Shown: piece by piece, positions 30,966 through 39,179 of the stretch | How the letters are laid out: each line of letters begins with the position of its first letter | How positions within the stretch are numbered: position 1 is the first letter of the stretch | The notes under the pieces: generated by a model | The model's database searches: none | The model's input: only the letters and a program-made list of their open reading frames with translations | What the model was told of the DNA's origin: nothing | Position numbers and translations under genes: made by a program | NCBI GenBank assembly: GCA_963799845.1 | Contig: CAWCYI010000006.1 | Location: forward strand, 722,547 to 786,546 | Direction of reading: 5' to 3' | From: an uncultured Nitrososphaerota archaeon | GTDB taxonomy: Archaea; Thermoproteota; Nitrososphaeria; Nitrososphaerales; CADDZS01 | DNA length: 64,000 bases

Positions 30966-33035
30966 TTGATCGAGTCGGTTCTGCAAATAGATTTTAGCGA
31001 TCCCACGATCGCTACCGCGACTATTTTGATAATAATAATCGCGCTCGTTTTATTCTACGTCTTTATCGGCCGCGGGATATTCCTCGTACGTGACAATCAG
31101 ATCGGTGTCCTGACGAAGAAATTCGGCGGTCAGAGGATGCCACAGGGTCAGATAATTGCCCGCAAAAATCAGATCGGAATCCAGGCGCACACCCTAATGC
31201 CGGGCCTGTATGTCAGGAATCCAATCATATGGCAGATAAAGAAATTTCCGATAACCGAGATTGGGGAAGAACAAGTTGGAGTGGTCGAATCAATCGATGG
31301 AGAGGCTCTCCCCAAAGCTCGCCTACTTGGCGATGCCATAGAATGCGCGCATTTCCAAGATGGTGAAACTTTCCTCGATAACCACGGGAAGAAGGGACCT
31401 CAGGTGGACATACTTCAACCTGGGAAGTACAGGATCAACCCACTTCTGTTCAAGATCACTCCCCAACCTGCGACGATGATTGGATCAAACGAGGTTGCGA
31501 TCTTGATTGCGCAGGATGGCATACCACTCCCATCAGATTACATTGTCGCTCCGAAGCCTCTTGAAAAGCCGGATCCGGAGGGCAAATTCCCGAATGCGCG
31601 TCCGCATCACTATTTTCAGGACGGCCAGGCGTTCATTGATAGCGGAGGTTTCCGGGGCCCGCAACAAGACACGCTGCAGCCTGGAAAATACTACATCAAT
31701 ACGCTGCTATTTACGGTAACAAAGGTTCCGAAATTCGAAGTTCCGCCTGGCTTCGTTGCGGTTTTAAGATCTAACGTTGGGAAGGAGATCGTCCAGTCGC
31801 AGACTGTTCCCATGGCAGTCAGTCAGGCTTCAAGTCTCAGTTCTACTCTGGTCTCGGATGTCGAAAAAGTTCTCATCTCCGACGTGAACCAGAGGGGCAT
31901 CTACGACAAACCGCTCACGCCCGGTACCTATAATTTGAACACTATCGCCTTCACCGCGTACCCCGTCCCGACAAGCGCGATTATGGTTGACTGGGCGGAT
32001 ACCGAAAGCCCTCTCGCAGCAACAATGTCTCGCCCCGAAGCGACACCAGCCAAGAACATCTCGGCATATCCTTACCTCTCAGACCAGACGGTCAAGGGGA
32101 TCTCGTATTTTCAATTCAGCCAATTGAACGTAGTTTCAAAGGACGGGTTCCAGCTGGAGGTAAGCGTCCGAATGATCATTCGAGTAGCGCCGGAGAACGC
32201 AGCTTTTGTAATCGCGCGATTCGGCTCTGTGTTCAATTTGATCAGTCAGATAGTCCACCCGCTGATCGATTCGTCGTTCAGGAACAGTGCCGGTGAAAAG
32301 AAAGCGCTGGAATTTTTCCAGAGCAGGTCTGATCTCCAGAAGGAAGCGCTGGAACGAGCCAAGATGGAATTTGAAAAGTATCACGTCGAAGCCCAGAACC
32401 TGTTGATTTCTTACATCGACATTCTTGACAAGAGTCTCCTCGACACACAAACTCAGAAAGAAATCGCGCTTCAACAGCAGGCGCAATATCAGGAGCAGGC
32501 GAAGGCTCAGGAACAGAGAATCGACGTTGAAACAAAGAAAGCAAACGCCGACAAGCAGCCAGACGTGGTCGCATCAAAGCTGCAAATCACCATAAATCAA
32601 AACCTCGCGCAGGCCCAGATTGAGCAAGCGAAAGGAATCAGCGTTTCTACAAGTACCCAGGCTGACGGGCAGTCGGAAGCCATCAGGAAGGTGGGTCAGG
32701 CGCAGGCGGACGCATATAGGGCTCAGGTACTAGCTTTAGGGCAAAACAACGTCGCGATGGTGAACGTGATGGACAGGGTGAAGGACGGCAAGATTCAGAT
32801 TACGCCGCAGACCCTCGTCGTCTCGGGCGGCAAGGACGGGGAAACTACGTCCACTCTTTTCTCGGCTTATCTCGCCACACTTATGCAGAAGGGCACGCCC
32901 CAATTCAAAGATGACAGTGGAGACTCCCAGAAGAGCGAATCAAGTCAGGTTTCGACATCGGCGACCGGTAGCGCGTCTACATACATGGTCGGCTCGGATA
33001 AAGTGAAGAAAATGTCCGGCAATAATCAACCGTAG
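30966..33035 (+). CDS. flotillin-like SPFH/band-7 family protein with internal repeat and Ser/Thr-rich C-terminal tail
   Basis: N-terminal TM, two repeated modules (FQDGETFLDNHGKKGPQVDILQPGKYRINPLLF / FQDGQAFIDSGGFRGPQQDTLQPGKYYINTLLF), a Gln/Ala-rich coiled coil, and a flotillin-like C-terminus (ITPQTLVVSGGKDGETTS). Confidence 0.65.
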   Translation: MIESVLQIDFSDPTIATATILIIIIALVLFYVFIGRGIFLVRDNQIGVLTKKFGGQRMPQGQIIARKNQIGIQAHTLMPGLYVRNPIIWQIKKFPITEIGEEQVGVVESIDGEALPKARLLGDAIECAHFQDGETFLDNHGKKGPQVDILQPGKYRINPLLFKITPQPATMIGSNEVAILIAQDGIPLPSDYIVAPKPLEKPDPEGKFPNARPHHYFQDGQAFIDSGGFRGPQQDTLQPGKYYINTLLFTVTKVPKFEVPPGFVAVLRSNVGKEIVQSQTVPMAVSQASSLSSTLVSDVEKVLISDVNQRGIYDKPLTPGTYNLNTIAFTAYPVPTSAIMVDWADTESPLAATMSRPEATPAKNISAYPYLSDQTVKGISYFQFSQLNVVSKDGFQLEVSVRMIIRVAPENAAFVIARFGSVFNLISQIVHPLIDSSFRNSAGEKKALEFFQSRSDLQKEALERAKMEFEKYHVEAQNLLISYIDILDKSLLDTQTQKEIALQQQAQYQEQAKAQEQRIDVETKKANADKQPDVVASKLQITINQNLAQAQIEQAKGISVSTSTQADGQSEAIRKVGQAQADAYRAQVLALGQNNVAMVNVMDRVKDGKIQITPQTLVVSGGKDGETTSTLFSAYLATLMQKGTPQFKDDSGDSQKSESSQVSTSATGSASTYMVGSDKVKKMSGNNQP

Positions 33036-33041
33036 ATAGAA

Positions 33042-33368
33042 TTGATAGCCCGCACAAAATTCCGAAGAAATGGAATAGGTCATCTGGTCTACGCTCTTGT
33101 CATAATCGGGATAGTCATAATCATCATCCTCGTGACAGTTATCCTCACGAGGAATCAACAGCTTTCAAATCAGGCGCAGGCGGAAGTTTCTTACTTCAAC
33201 AACCAGCCGCCAATCCCGACCCAAAGCTGTACTGTGCTGAACATTAATTATCAGAGGGCCACTCAGGATATTTCGACGTATTCTTCGTTTGTTCCCTCCA
33301 ACTATTTTCAAAATCTTTCAAATCAGTATCTTTCGGAAATAAACGCGAAGACCTGTCCTTCAAGCTAG
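33042..33368 (+). CDS. small single-pass membrane protein (possible flotillin partner)
   Basis: 108 aa with TM segment LVYALVIIGIVIIIILVTVIL. It lies 6 nt downstream of the flotillin-like gene. Confidence 0.45.
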   Translation: MIARTKFRRNGIGHLVYALVIIGIVIIIILVTVILTRNQQLSNQAQAEVSYFNNQPPIPTQSCTVLNINYQRATQDISTYSSFVPSNYFQNLSNQYLSEINAKTCPSS

Positions 33369-33378
33369 GTGATCGAAG

Positions 33379-34224
33379 TTGAAAGAACATGACGCTATCG
33401 TGAACGGGATCAATATCCATTACGTCACATGGAACAGCGGTTCAACAACTGATCGACCGCCCGTTCTTCTGGTGCACGGCCTGACTTCGAGCTCTCGCGC
33501 CTGGGTGAAACTCGGGGATTTCTTGGCATCGAAGGGTATGTACGTAATCGCCCCGGATTTGAGGGGGCGAGGGCTGAGCGATAAGCCTCCTCACGGATAC
33601 GGCATCGCATTTCACGCCAACGATTTAATCGCCCTTTGCGATTCGCTCGGGCTGTCTAAAGTAATTTTCGTAGGACACTCGCTAGGTGCGGCCATCGGTC
33701 TCTACTTTTGCGCGTTGTTTCCGAATCGTGTTGAGAAGTTCGTCCTGATCGATGCAGGAGTAAGGCTACCCCCGGAGATACTGCAGGCTATTGGAGCTTC
33801 ACTAAACAGGTTGGGGCAGGTCTATCCGTCGATTGATTCATACCTCGCGCTCTGCAAGCAGATCCCTTTTCACAAGTGGGACTCTTTCTGGGAGGAGTAC
33901 TATCGGTATGATGCTGATGTGAGAGAAGATGGCACCGTAACTTCCAGAGTACCCAAATCGGTGATTCAGGAAGAAATCGCGGCCAATTCCATCATCAACA
34001 CGGAACTGCTTGTACCGCTTGTTAAGGTCCCGACTCTATTGGTCCGTGCCACAGTTGGCACCCTAGGCGCAGATCGGGGATTGTTGCTAACTCGCGAAGA
34101 AGCGGAACGGCTTCAAGGGATAATCAAGGGCAGCACAATCGTCGAAATTCCCAATACCAATCACTACACAATTATTATCTCTGAAGATTTCGAAAGAGAA
34201 GTTTCCAATTTCTTGGAAAAGTGA
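33379..34224 (+). CDS. alpha/beta hydrolase fold protein
   Basis: Nucleophile elbow GHSLGA and HG oxyanion motif LLVHGL, with catalytic His near the C-terminus. Confidence 0.8.
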   Translation: MKEHDAIVNGINIHYVTWNSGSTTDRPPVLLVHGLTSSSRAWVKLGDFLASKGMYVIAPDLRGRGLSDKPPHGYGIAFHANDLIALCDSLGLSKVIFVGHSLGAAIGLYFCALFPNRVEKFVLIDAGVRLPPEILQAIGASLNRLGQVYPSIDSYLALCKQIPFHKWDSFWEEYYRYDADVREDGTVTSRVPKSVIQEEIAANSIINTELLVPLVKVPTLLVRATVGTLGADRGLLLTREEAERLQGIIKGSTIVEIPNTNHYTIIISEDFEREVSNFLEK

Positions 34225-34227
34225 ATC

Positions 34228-34261
34228 AATTATGTTCTGAAAAGGCACTCAGAACATAATT
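34228..34261. terminator. perfect 13-bp inverted repeat AATTATGTTCTGA-N8-TCAGAACATAATT immediately after hydrolase stop (hairpin; terminator or operator)
   Basis: Direct sequence observation. It lies upstream of the P1-KaiC-like operon. Confidence 0.35.
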
Positions 34262-34428
34262 CGAATCCGAAAAAATAGAAAGGGTGCACTAAAGCGATGC
34301 AAATACGGATCGTGGCTCCAGAACTATTTTAGCAATTTGTCTATTATTGTTTCGTTATATTGACTCTCGACTCGAAAGAAAGAGGTACCTTTCTTTCATC
34401 CTCGCGTAAAAGTGATGATGCTCCAACC

Positions 34429-34725
34429 ATGCAGATTGTAGACTGCATCGAAAGGGGTTTGAACCACTATGGCGCGACTATGACGCGAGTAGTCTTCTGG
34501 AACTTCGAGAAGAAGTTTGGGCTTCAAAAAGCAGACATTTCAAAGTATCCCGAGAAATTCGTCCTGTCAATCGAAGGGATGTTTGCGGGGGGAGCTCCAA
34601 ATGTCGAGAGATCCATCATCCAAGAAATGAAATCTTCTATCACTCATTGCGAGTTGGACGATTCTAATTTAGTTACGGCTTTGAAACAAGCAAGGGCATT
34701 TTATCAGAGGAACAGAGAGGATTAA
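34429..34725 (+). CDS. small protein P1 of an uncharacterised paralog family (~98 aa), first gene of KaiC-like operon
   Basis: MQIVDCIERGLNHYGATM... aligns with P2 (37278) and P3 (38001) through a shared N-terminal (V/I)(Q/D)C(V/I)(E/D)RGL..(F/Y)G core. There is a 17-nt gap to the KaiC-like gene. The ORF opens at 34360, but the Met at 34429 matches the paralog length. Confidence 0.55.
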   Translation: MQIVDCIERGLNHYGATMTRVVFWNFEKKFGLQKADISKYPEKFVLSIEGMFAGGAPNVERSIIQEMKSSITHCELDDSNLVTALKQARAFYQRNRED

Positions 34726-34741
34726 GGTAGTGAAAAATTAG

Positions 34742-36205
34742 ATGGGTCAAAAAGAAGTAACTACATATGAGACCTCCACTAATGTCAATCGTTCAAAAGT
34801 AGGGCCGACTCCTGAAACGAATCTGACTAATAACGGCCTGCTTGATTTGTTGCTTGCACCACAGATCAGATTCATCTTACTCAAAGGAGAGCCTGGAACC
34901 GGTAAAACCACACTCGCGATAGATCTGCTTACCAAATACGGAAAGGGCATGTATATCTCGACGAGATCGTCTCTTGAGCAGGCGACGATTCAGAACCGAA
35001 TGCTTCGCGAGTTAGTCCAGAAAGGATTGGTCTCCGAACCCAATTTCGCTCGGGAAAACAAAGTCAGCTTCGCCGACTACAGGCTTGGTCTCCCTGAAAA
35101 TATCATTCAGGCAGTAATCGAGAACTCTCGGAAATCAAAAGATGATGAAAAGCTGGTCGTACTGGACTCCTGGGATGCGTTTGCAAAACTACTGGATCCG
35201 ATAGACAGACAAAAGACGGAGCAATCCATGCTTGCAATTTCCGAAGCAAACGGTATCAGGCTTCTGTTCGTCAGCGAAACGGCAGAGCCTACTGCAATGG
35301 ACTACATGGCCGATGCTGTTCTTGCAATGGAGGACAATTTATTCGAGGGTCAACGTGTCCGCAGAGTGATCTGGAAGAAATTGAGGGGATTCGAGATTCC
35401 TCACAGGAACTATCCCTACACCTTGCACGGAGGAAAGTTTTTGATGATTGACACTCCTATGACCTTCACTTACCCCGCAAATCCCACCAGAACACCGTTT
35501 GCTGGAAGGAAGCACGGAACGAATTCGTACTCCACGGGGATTGAAGCTTTGGACTCTTTCCTTGGCAGTGGCCTTGCCAAAGGAAGTCTTGTTCTCTTGG
35601 AGTTGGGCGCAAACATCGGTTCCCTTTCACATATTCCTGTGATCACTACAATAGTTGGCAACTTTATAGCAAACGGCGGGTGTAGCATTTCACTCCCCTC
35701 CGTGGGAATTACTCCGAAGAGGGCAAAGGGGATGGGGCTGAGACGTTTTTCACCCGAGGTCGTAAATTCCAGACTCCGAATCTGTCACTTCGATTCTGAA
35801 GAAAACGATCCCTGCTTTGTTCAATTGGACAGAAATTCACTCGAAAGAACCTTTGAGCTGATCAGAAATGCGGTTATTTCTCTGAAAGGTTCCGAACAGC
35901 GCAGCTGCTTCATCTATCTCGGAATGGAGATGATGGAATATCTGTTCGGATCGGAAAAATTAGGCGGGATAGGAGTCGAAATTAACCAAGAATTGAAGAA
36001 GACGGGAGATATCGCGATCTGCGGATTGAAAAGCGGATCGGCCTTGGCTTCGAAGCTTTCAAACTCGTCCGACATTCATCTCAGACTGGATCAGGTAGAC
36101 GGCGCGCTGATGCTTTACTCCGTTAAACCGCCGTCTTCCATTTACCACTTCAAGGTCGAGCAAGTAGAAGGAAACATCAAGATCGAGCTCATACCGATGG
36201 TTTGA
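34742..36205 (+). CDS. KaiC-like RecA-superfamily ATPase with intact N-terminal domain and degenerate second domain
   Basis: Walker A GEPGTGKTTLAIDLL and Walker B LVVLDSWDAF in domain 1. Domain 2 begins with the KaiC-like TGIEALDSFLGSGLAKGSLVLLELGANIGS but has no GxxGxGKT P-loop. Confidence 0.75.
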   Translation: MGQKEVTTYETSTNVNRSKVGPTPETNLTNNGLLDLLLAPQIRFILLKGEPGTGKTTLAIDLLTKYGKGMYISTRSSLEQATIQNRMLRELVQKGLVSEPNFARENKVSFADYRLGLPENIIQAVIENSRKSKDDEKLVVLDSWDAFAKLLDPIDRQKTEQSMLAISEANGIRLLFVSETAEPTAMDYMADAVLAMEDNLFEGQRVRRVIWKKLRGFEIPHRNYPYTLHGGKFLMIDTPMTFTYPANPTRTPFAGRKHGTNSYSTGIEALDSFLGSGLAKGSLVLLELGANIGSLSHIPVITTIVGNFIANGGCSISLPSVGITPKRAKGMGLRRFSPEVVNSRLRICHFDSEENDPCFVQLDRNSLERTFELIRNAVISLKGSEQRSCFIYLGMEMMEYLFGSEKLGGIGVEINQELKKTGDIAICGLKSGSALASKLSNSSDIHLRLDQVDGALMLYSVKPPSSIYHFKVEQVEGNIKIELIPMV

Positions 36206-36291
36206 TGCAGCCTAGAACCGTTACTGACAGATTCTGGCTAAAGTCCTATTAACTCCCTTAGGAGAATTCCTAAATAATACATTAGGAATGA

Positions 36292-36747
36292 ATGTCCAGT
36301 AAAATGGAATCCGAGCGCAAGGCGTGGTCAAAAACTAAGGGTATCACTGCTATAATTATCGTGTATGCTAGTATCATTGCCATCTTGTTCGTCAATGCCA
36401 ATTTTAACAAACCACAGGTCAATCTTACGGGCTTGGGACTCACTGGGAATGTCCCGTGCTCACCCTGCATCTCGTATTTCGGCTCGAGCATCCAGAATGC
36501 GAGCAAGACAGATTCAATACTGGCCGGAGACCAGTTCAACGTGACAACTATTTCTGACCATCAAGGTTCTCAAACTCACAAGATCACTAACATTTCTATT
36601 CTCAGCCCCGGCTTTACGCTGATCTCCGCTTTTCCATCGCTGCCGATCGTTTTGACTCCCAAGCATCACACAAAGATAACGATCGTGGTCGAGGCTCCCG
36701 ATCAGGCTTACACTGGCCTATTGGTCTATCAAATTACGGCATCTTGA
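36292..36747 (+). CDS. membrane-anchored predicted extracellular beta-rich protein (unknown function)
   Basis: 151 aa with an N-terminal TM (ITAIIIVYASIIAILFV), then a Ser/Thr/Asn-rich beta-strand-like domain with N-x-S/T sequons. Confidence 0.5.
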   Translation: MSSKMESERKAWSKTKGITAIIIVYASIIAILFVNANFNKPQVNLTGLGLTGNVPCSPCISYFGSSIQNASKTDSILAGDQFNVTTISDHQGSQTHKITNISILSPGFTLISAFPSLPIVLTPKHHTKITIVVEAPDQAYTGLLVYQITAS

Positions 36748-36832
36748 ACATAAGACGTAGAATTTCTTTCAATCCTATAAGACACCCTTTGTTGGAATCT
36801 TTGTATCCTGCTCTTTCGTAATGAGGAGTAGC

Positions 36833-37108
36833 TCATTTGTTAGAGGAGAGTAATTCAGATTCCAATAGCTCAATTTCCTTCTGAACGGCGTCGCGTTCAA
36901 CCACGATCTTCAGGTTCGAATCCGTACCGGAGTAGGTGCCCAAAATATTCAAAGTCAATGTCAGTTGAACGAGGGCTCTTCTCTTTTCAGCCAACTGCTC
37001 GACTTTATCAAATACATCCTGCGTCTTTAGCAATGCAGTCATTGCCATGCAACACCACTGCCATAAGTATTGAATATTCTCCGATTTAGGGGATTTTACG
37101 TAATTCAA
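36833..37108 (-). CDS. hypothetical small protein (coiled-coil C-terminus)
   Basis: 91-aa ORF with no motif. It may be spurious. Confidence 0.3.
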   Translation of the reverse strand: MNYVKSPKSENIQYLWQWCCMAMTALLKTQDVFDKVEQLAEKRRALVQLTLTLNILGTYSGTDSNLKIVVERDAVQKEIELLESELLSSNK

Positions 37109-37175
37109 TGTGAAACCTTTCCGGGCGTTATTGATTATGGCAAGAAAAACTGCCCTTCTTTTCTTATCGTCTCAT

Positions 37176-37277
37176 ATTGCCGTTTTCAATAATTAGTTAT
37201 GCACGGGAGTTGGGAAAGTGGCATTCAGGGTTAAATCTCAATAGGGACCCCAAATTACGGTTAGAGTTTAACCAATC
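37176..37277 (+). promoter_or_regulatory. conserved ~100-bp upstream region of P2 (duplicated upstream of P3) with TATA-like GGGTTAAATC
   Basis: ATTGCCGTTTTCAATAATT (37176-37194) and GGCATTCAGGGTTAAATC (37220-37237) recur at 37901-37919 and 37946-37963 at the same offsets from the ATG. TTAAAT lies at about -45. Confidence 0.4.
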
Positions 37278-37577
37278 ATGGAAACGTATGAACTGGTTCA
37301 ATGCGTGGAGAGAGGACTGAGTTTTTTCGGCGCAAATATGAAACAGGCCGCATATTCGTCATTTTCATCTCGGAAACGAATAGGCTCTGAAGATATCTTA
37401 GCTAATCCCTGTGAGTTTGTCAATGCGTTGAAAGACGTTTTCGGTCCTGGATACCCGCTCGCGGAACGCGCAATCGTGAAGGAAATAAAGAGTGAATTCG
37501 AGCTATTCTCTCCGTCCAGGTCATACAACCTTCAGGACGCCCTGGAGAACGCGAAAATCAAAATCGCCGAGATATGA
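37278..37577 (+). CDS. small protein P2, paralog of P1/P3
   Basis: 99 aa. METYELVQCVERGLSFFGANMKQAAY... aligns with P1 and P3. Confidence 0.6.
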   Translation: METYELVQCVERGLSFFGANMKQAAYSSFSSRKRIGSEDILANPCEFVNALKDVFGPGYPLAERAIVKEIKSEFELFSPSRSYNLQDALENAKIKIAEI

Positions 37578-38000
37578 GAACCCCAAGAAAATCGTAAAAT
37601 GACCTTTTTGGGTTGGGAACCAAGAAAATCAGATTGTTGCTTAATGTTTATCTTGAATTTTCTGAATCGGTAGCTCCATGAATAAACCTTCAAAATCAAT
37701 CTATTGCCGCACGTTGAAAGCTTCCTCTCATATTGCGGTATCAGCAGTTGCCATGATGATCTTGAGCTTTGGATGCAGTTCTTGAAAAGCTTGATAGTTT
37801 CGATTCCATTCACATTGATAAATGGCATTATCATTCTTGACATTTCAGCCAGTCGAACCTATTCAATAGCGTAGTCGAGGAGTCTTTTCCATAGTCTTCT
37901 ATTGCCGTTTTCAATAATTGATCATACACCAATCTCCGGAAATATGGCATTCAGGGTTAAATCCCCCCGTTGGCCTTGGCTAGGATTAGTTTAACCTATC

Positions 38001-38432
38001 ATGGAAATGTCTGACCTAGTTCAATGTGTGGACAGAGCGCTGAGTTCTTTCGGTATGAACATGAAGCAGGCCACATACTTCTCAATGGAATCTCGGGAAG
38101 GAATGGGCTCCGACGAGATCTTGTCGAATCCCGAAGCATTTATTCGCACGTTGAAAAATACATTCGGGTCAGGATATCAGCTTGCCGAACGCAGGATCGT
38201 AAAAGAAATAAACGTGCTATGTTCTCCGTCCAGGTCATGCAACCTTCTTGACGCCTTGGAGATGGCGAGAAGCAAAGTCACCGATTTCAGAAGCGATCGA
38301 GATTCTGCACAATTCATGAATTGGGCGGCAGCCATGGGCCCAGAGCTGGACGCCGATGCTCAAGTGGCTCCAGTCGCTAATTTTGGTTCCGGGAACCTTA
38401 CTGTATCTTTGGTTCGATTGAAGAAAGCTTAG
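38001..38432 (+). CDS. small protein P3, paralog of P1/P2 with ~45-aa C-terminal extension
   Basis: 143 aa. MEMSDLVQCVDRALSSFGMNMKQATY... It is a tandem duplicate of P2 including the upstream region. Confidence 0.6.
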   Translation: MEMSDLVQCVDRALSSFGMNMKQATYFSMESREGMGSDEILSNPEAFIRTLKNTFGSGYQLAERRIVKEINVLCSPSRSCNLLDALEMARSKVTDFRSDRDSAQFMNWAAAMGPELDADAQVAPVANFGSGNLTVSLVRLKKA

Positions 38433-38901
38433 AAATGAGGGTTGCTGTTACTTCTTCAATAGTTGACTCGGGAACTCTAGTCGAAAACCGTCGACAAGGT
38501 AACAGAGCTATGTGGGAAAGAAGCTTACAACTTCACTTTTGATTACTTTTGAAAAAGGGTAAGGATTTTACACAATTCTATTTGAAAGGGAAAACAAACC
38601 ACAGGATGCGTCTATGGAAATCTCTAAGATTCATTCTTAGAATCGATAGACTCTGAAGCAAATAAGGACTCAAAATTGAGTTCCCAAACTTATGCCCCTT
38701 AACTTAGCAGAATCCAAAATTAGTTTCTCATAATATGGTTAGTTGGAATTTTCCAATCTGGCTCAATCGAAAAATGAGTCGACAGAATCGCAAAGGTCGC
38801 CATTTTCATGGCATATCTTAATGTCGAGTAAGGATTAATGATCTCGTTTAACGGAAAGAAACTGTTATTCTCGCTGTGGATGCGGAATACAAGCTTACGT
38901 A

Positions 38902-39085
38902 ATGCTTGGAAAGCAAGTAATCTTTGTAGACCCGTGGGGTACCACACAATTCTGCCACAGCTGCCTCCAATGGGTTCCAAAGAATTTAGGAGAAAGGGAA
39001 CATGACTGCCCCAAATGCGGGATCAAACTATCAAGAGACCTCAATTCTGCAAAATTGATTAGAAGGCTTGGCATCCAGAAAAGAA
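38902..39085 (+). pseudogene. TnpB C-terminal remnant (zinc-finger/RuvC-III tail only)
   Basis: VDPWGTTQFCHSCLQWVPKNLGEREHDCPKCGIKLSRDLNSAKLI matches the TnpB C-terminus. No upstream TnpB body is present, and the ORF continuation 39085-39273 runs into the next IS. Confidence 0.6.
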
Positions 39086-39179
39086 GCCCGCCCTCGGACG
39101 GGGAGTCGTCATCCGCTGAGCTTTTGCCTCTACCATCTCTGAGGAGAATGGCAAGCATTGGTGAGGAAGCGGGAGGCCT

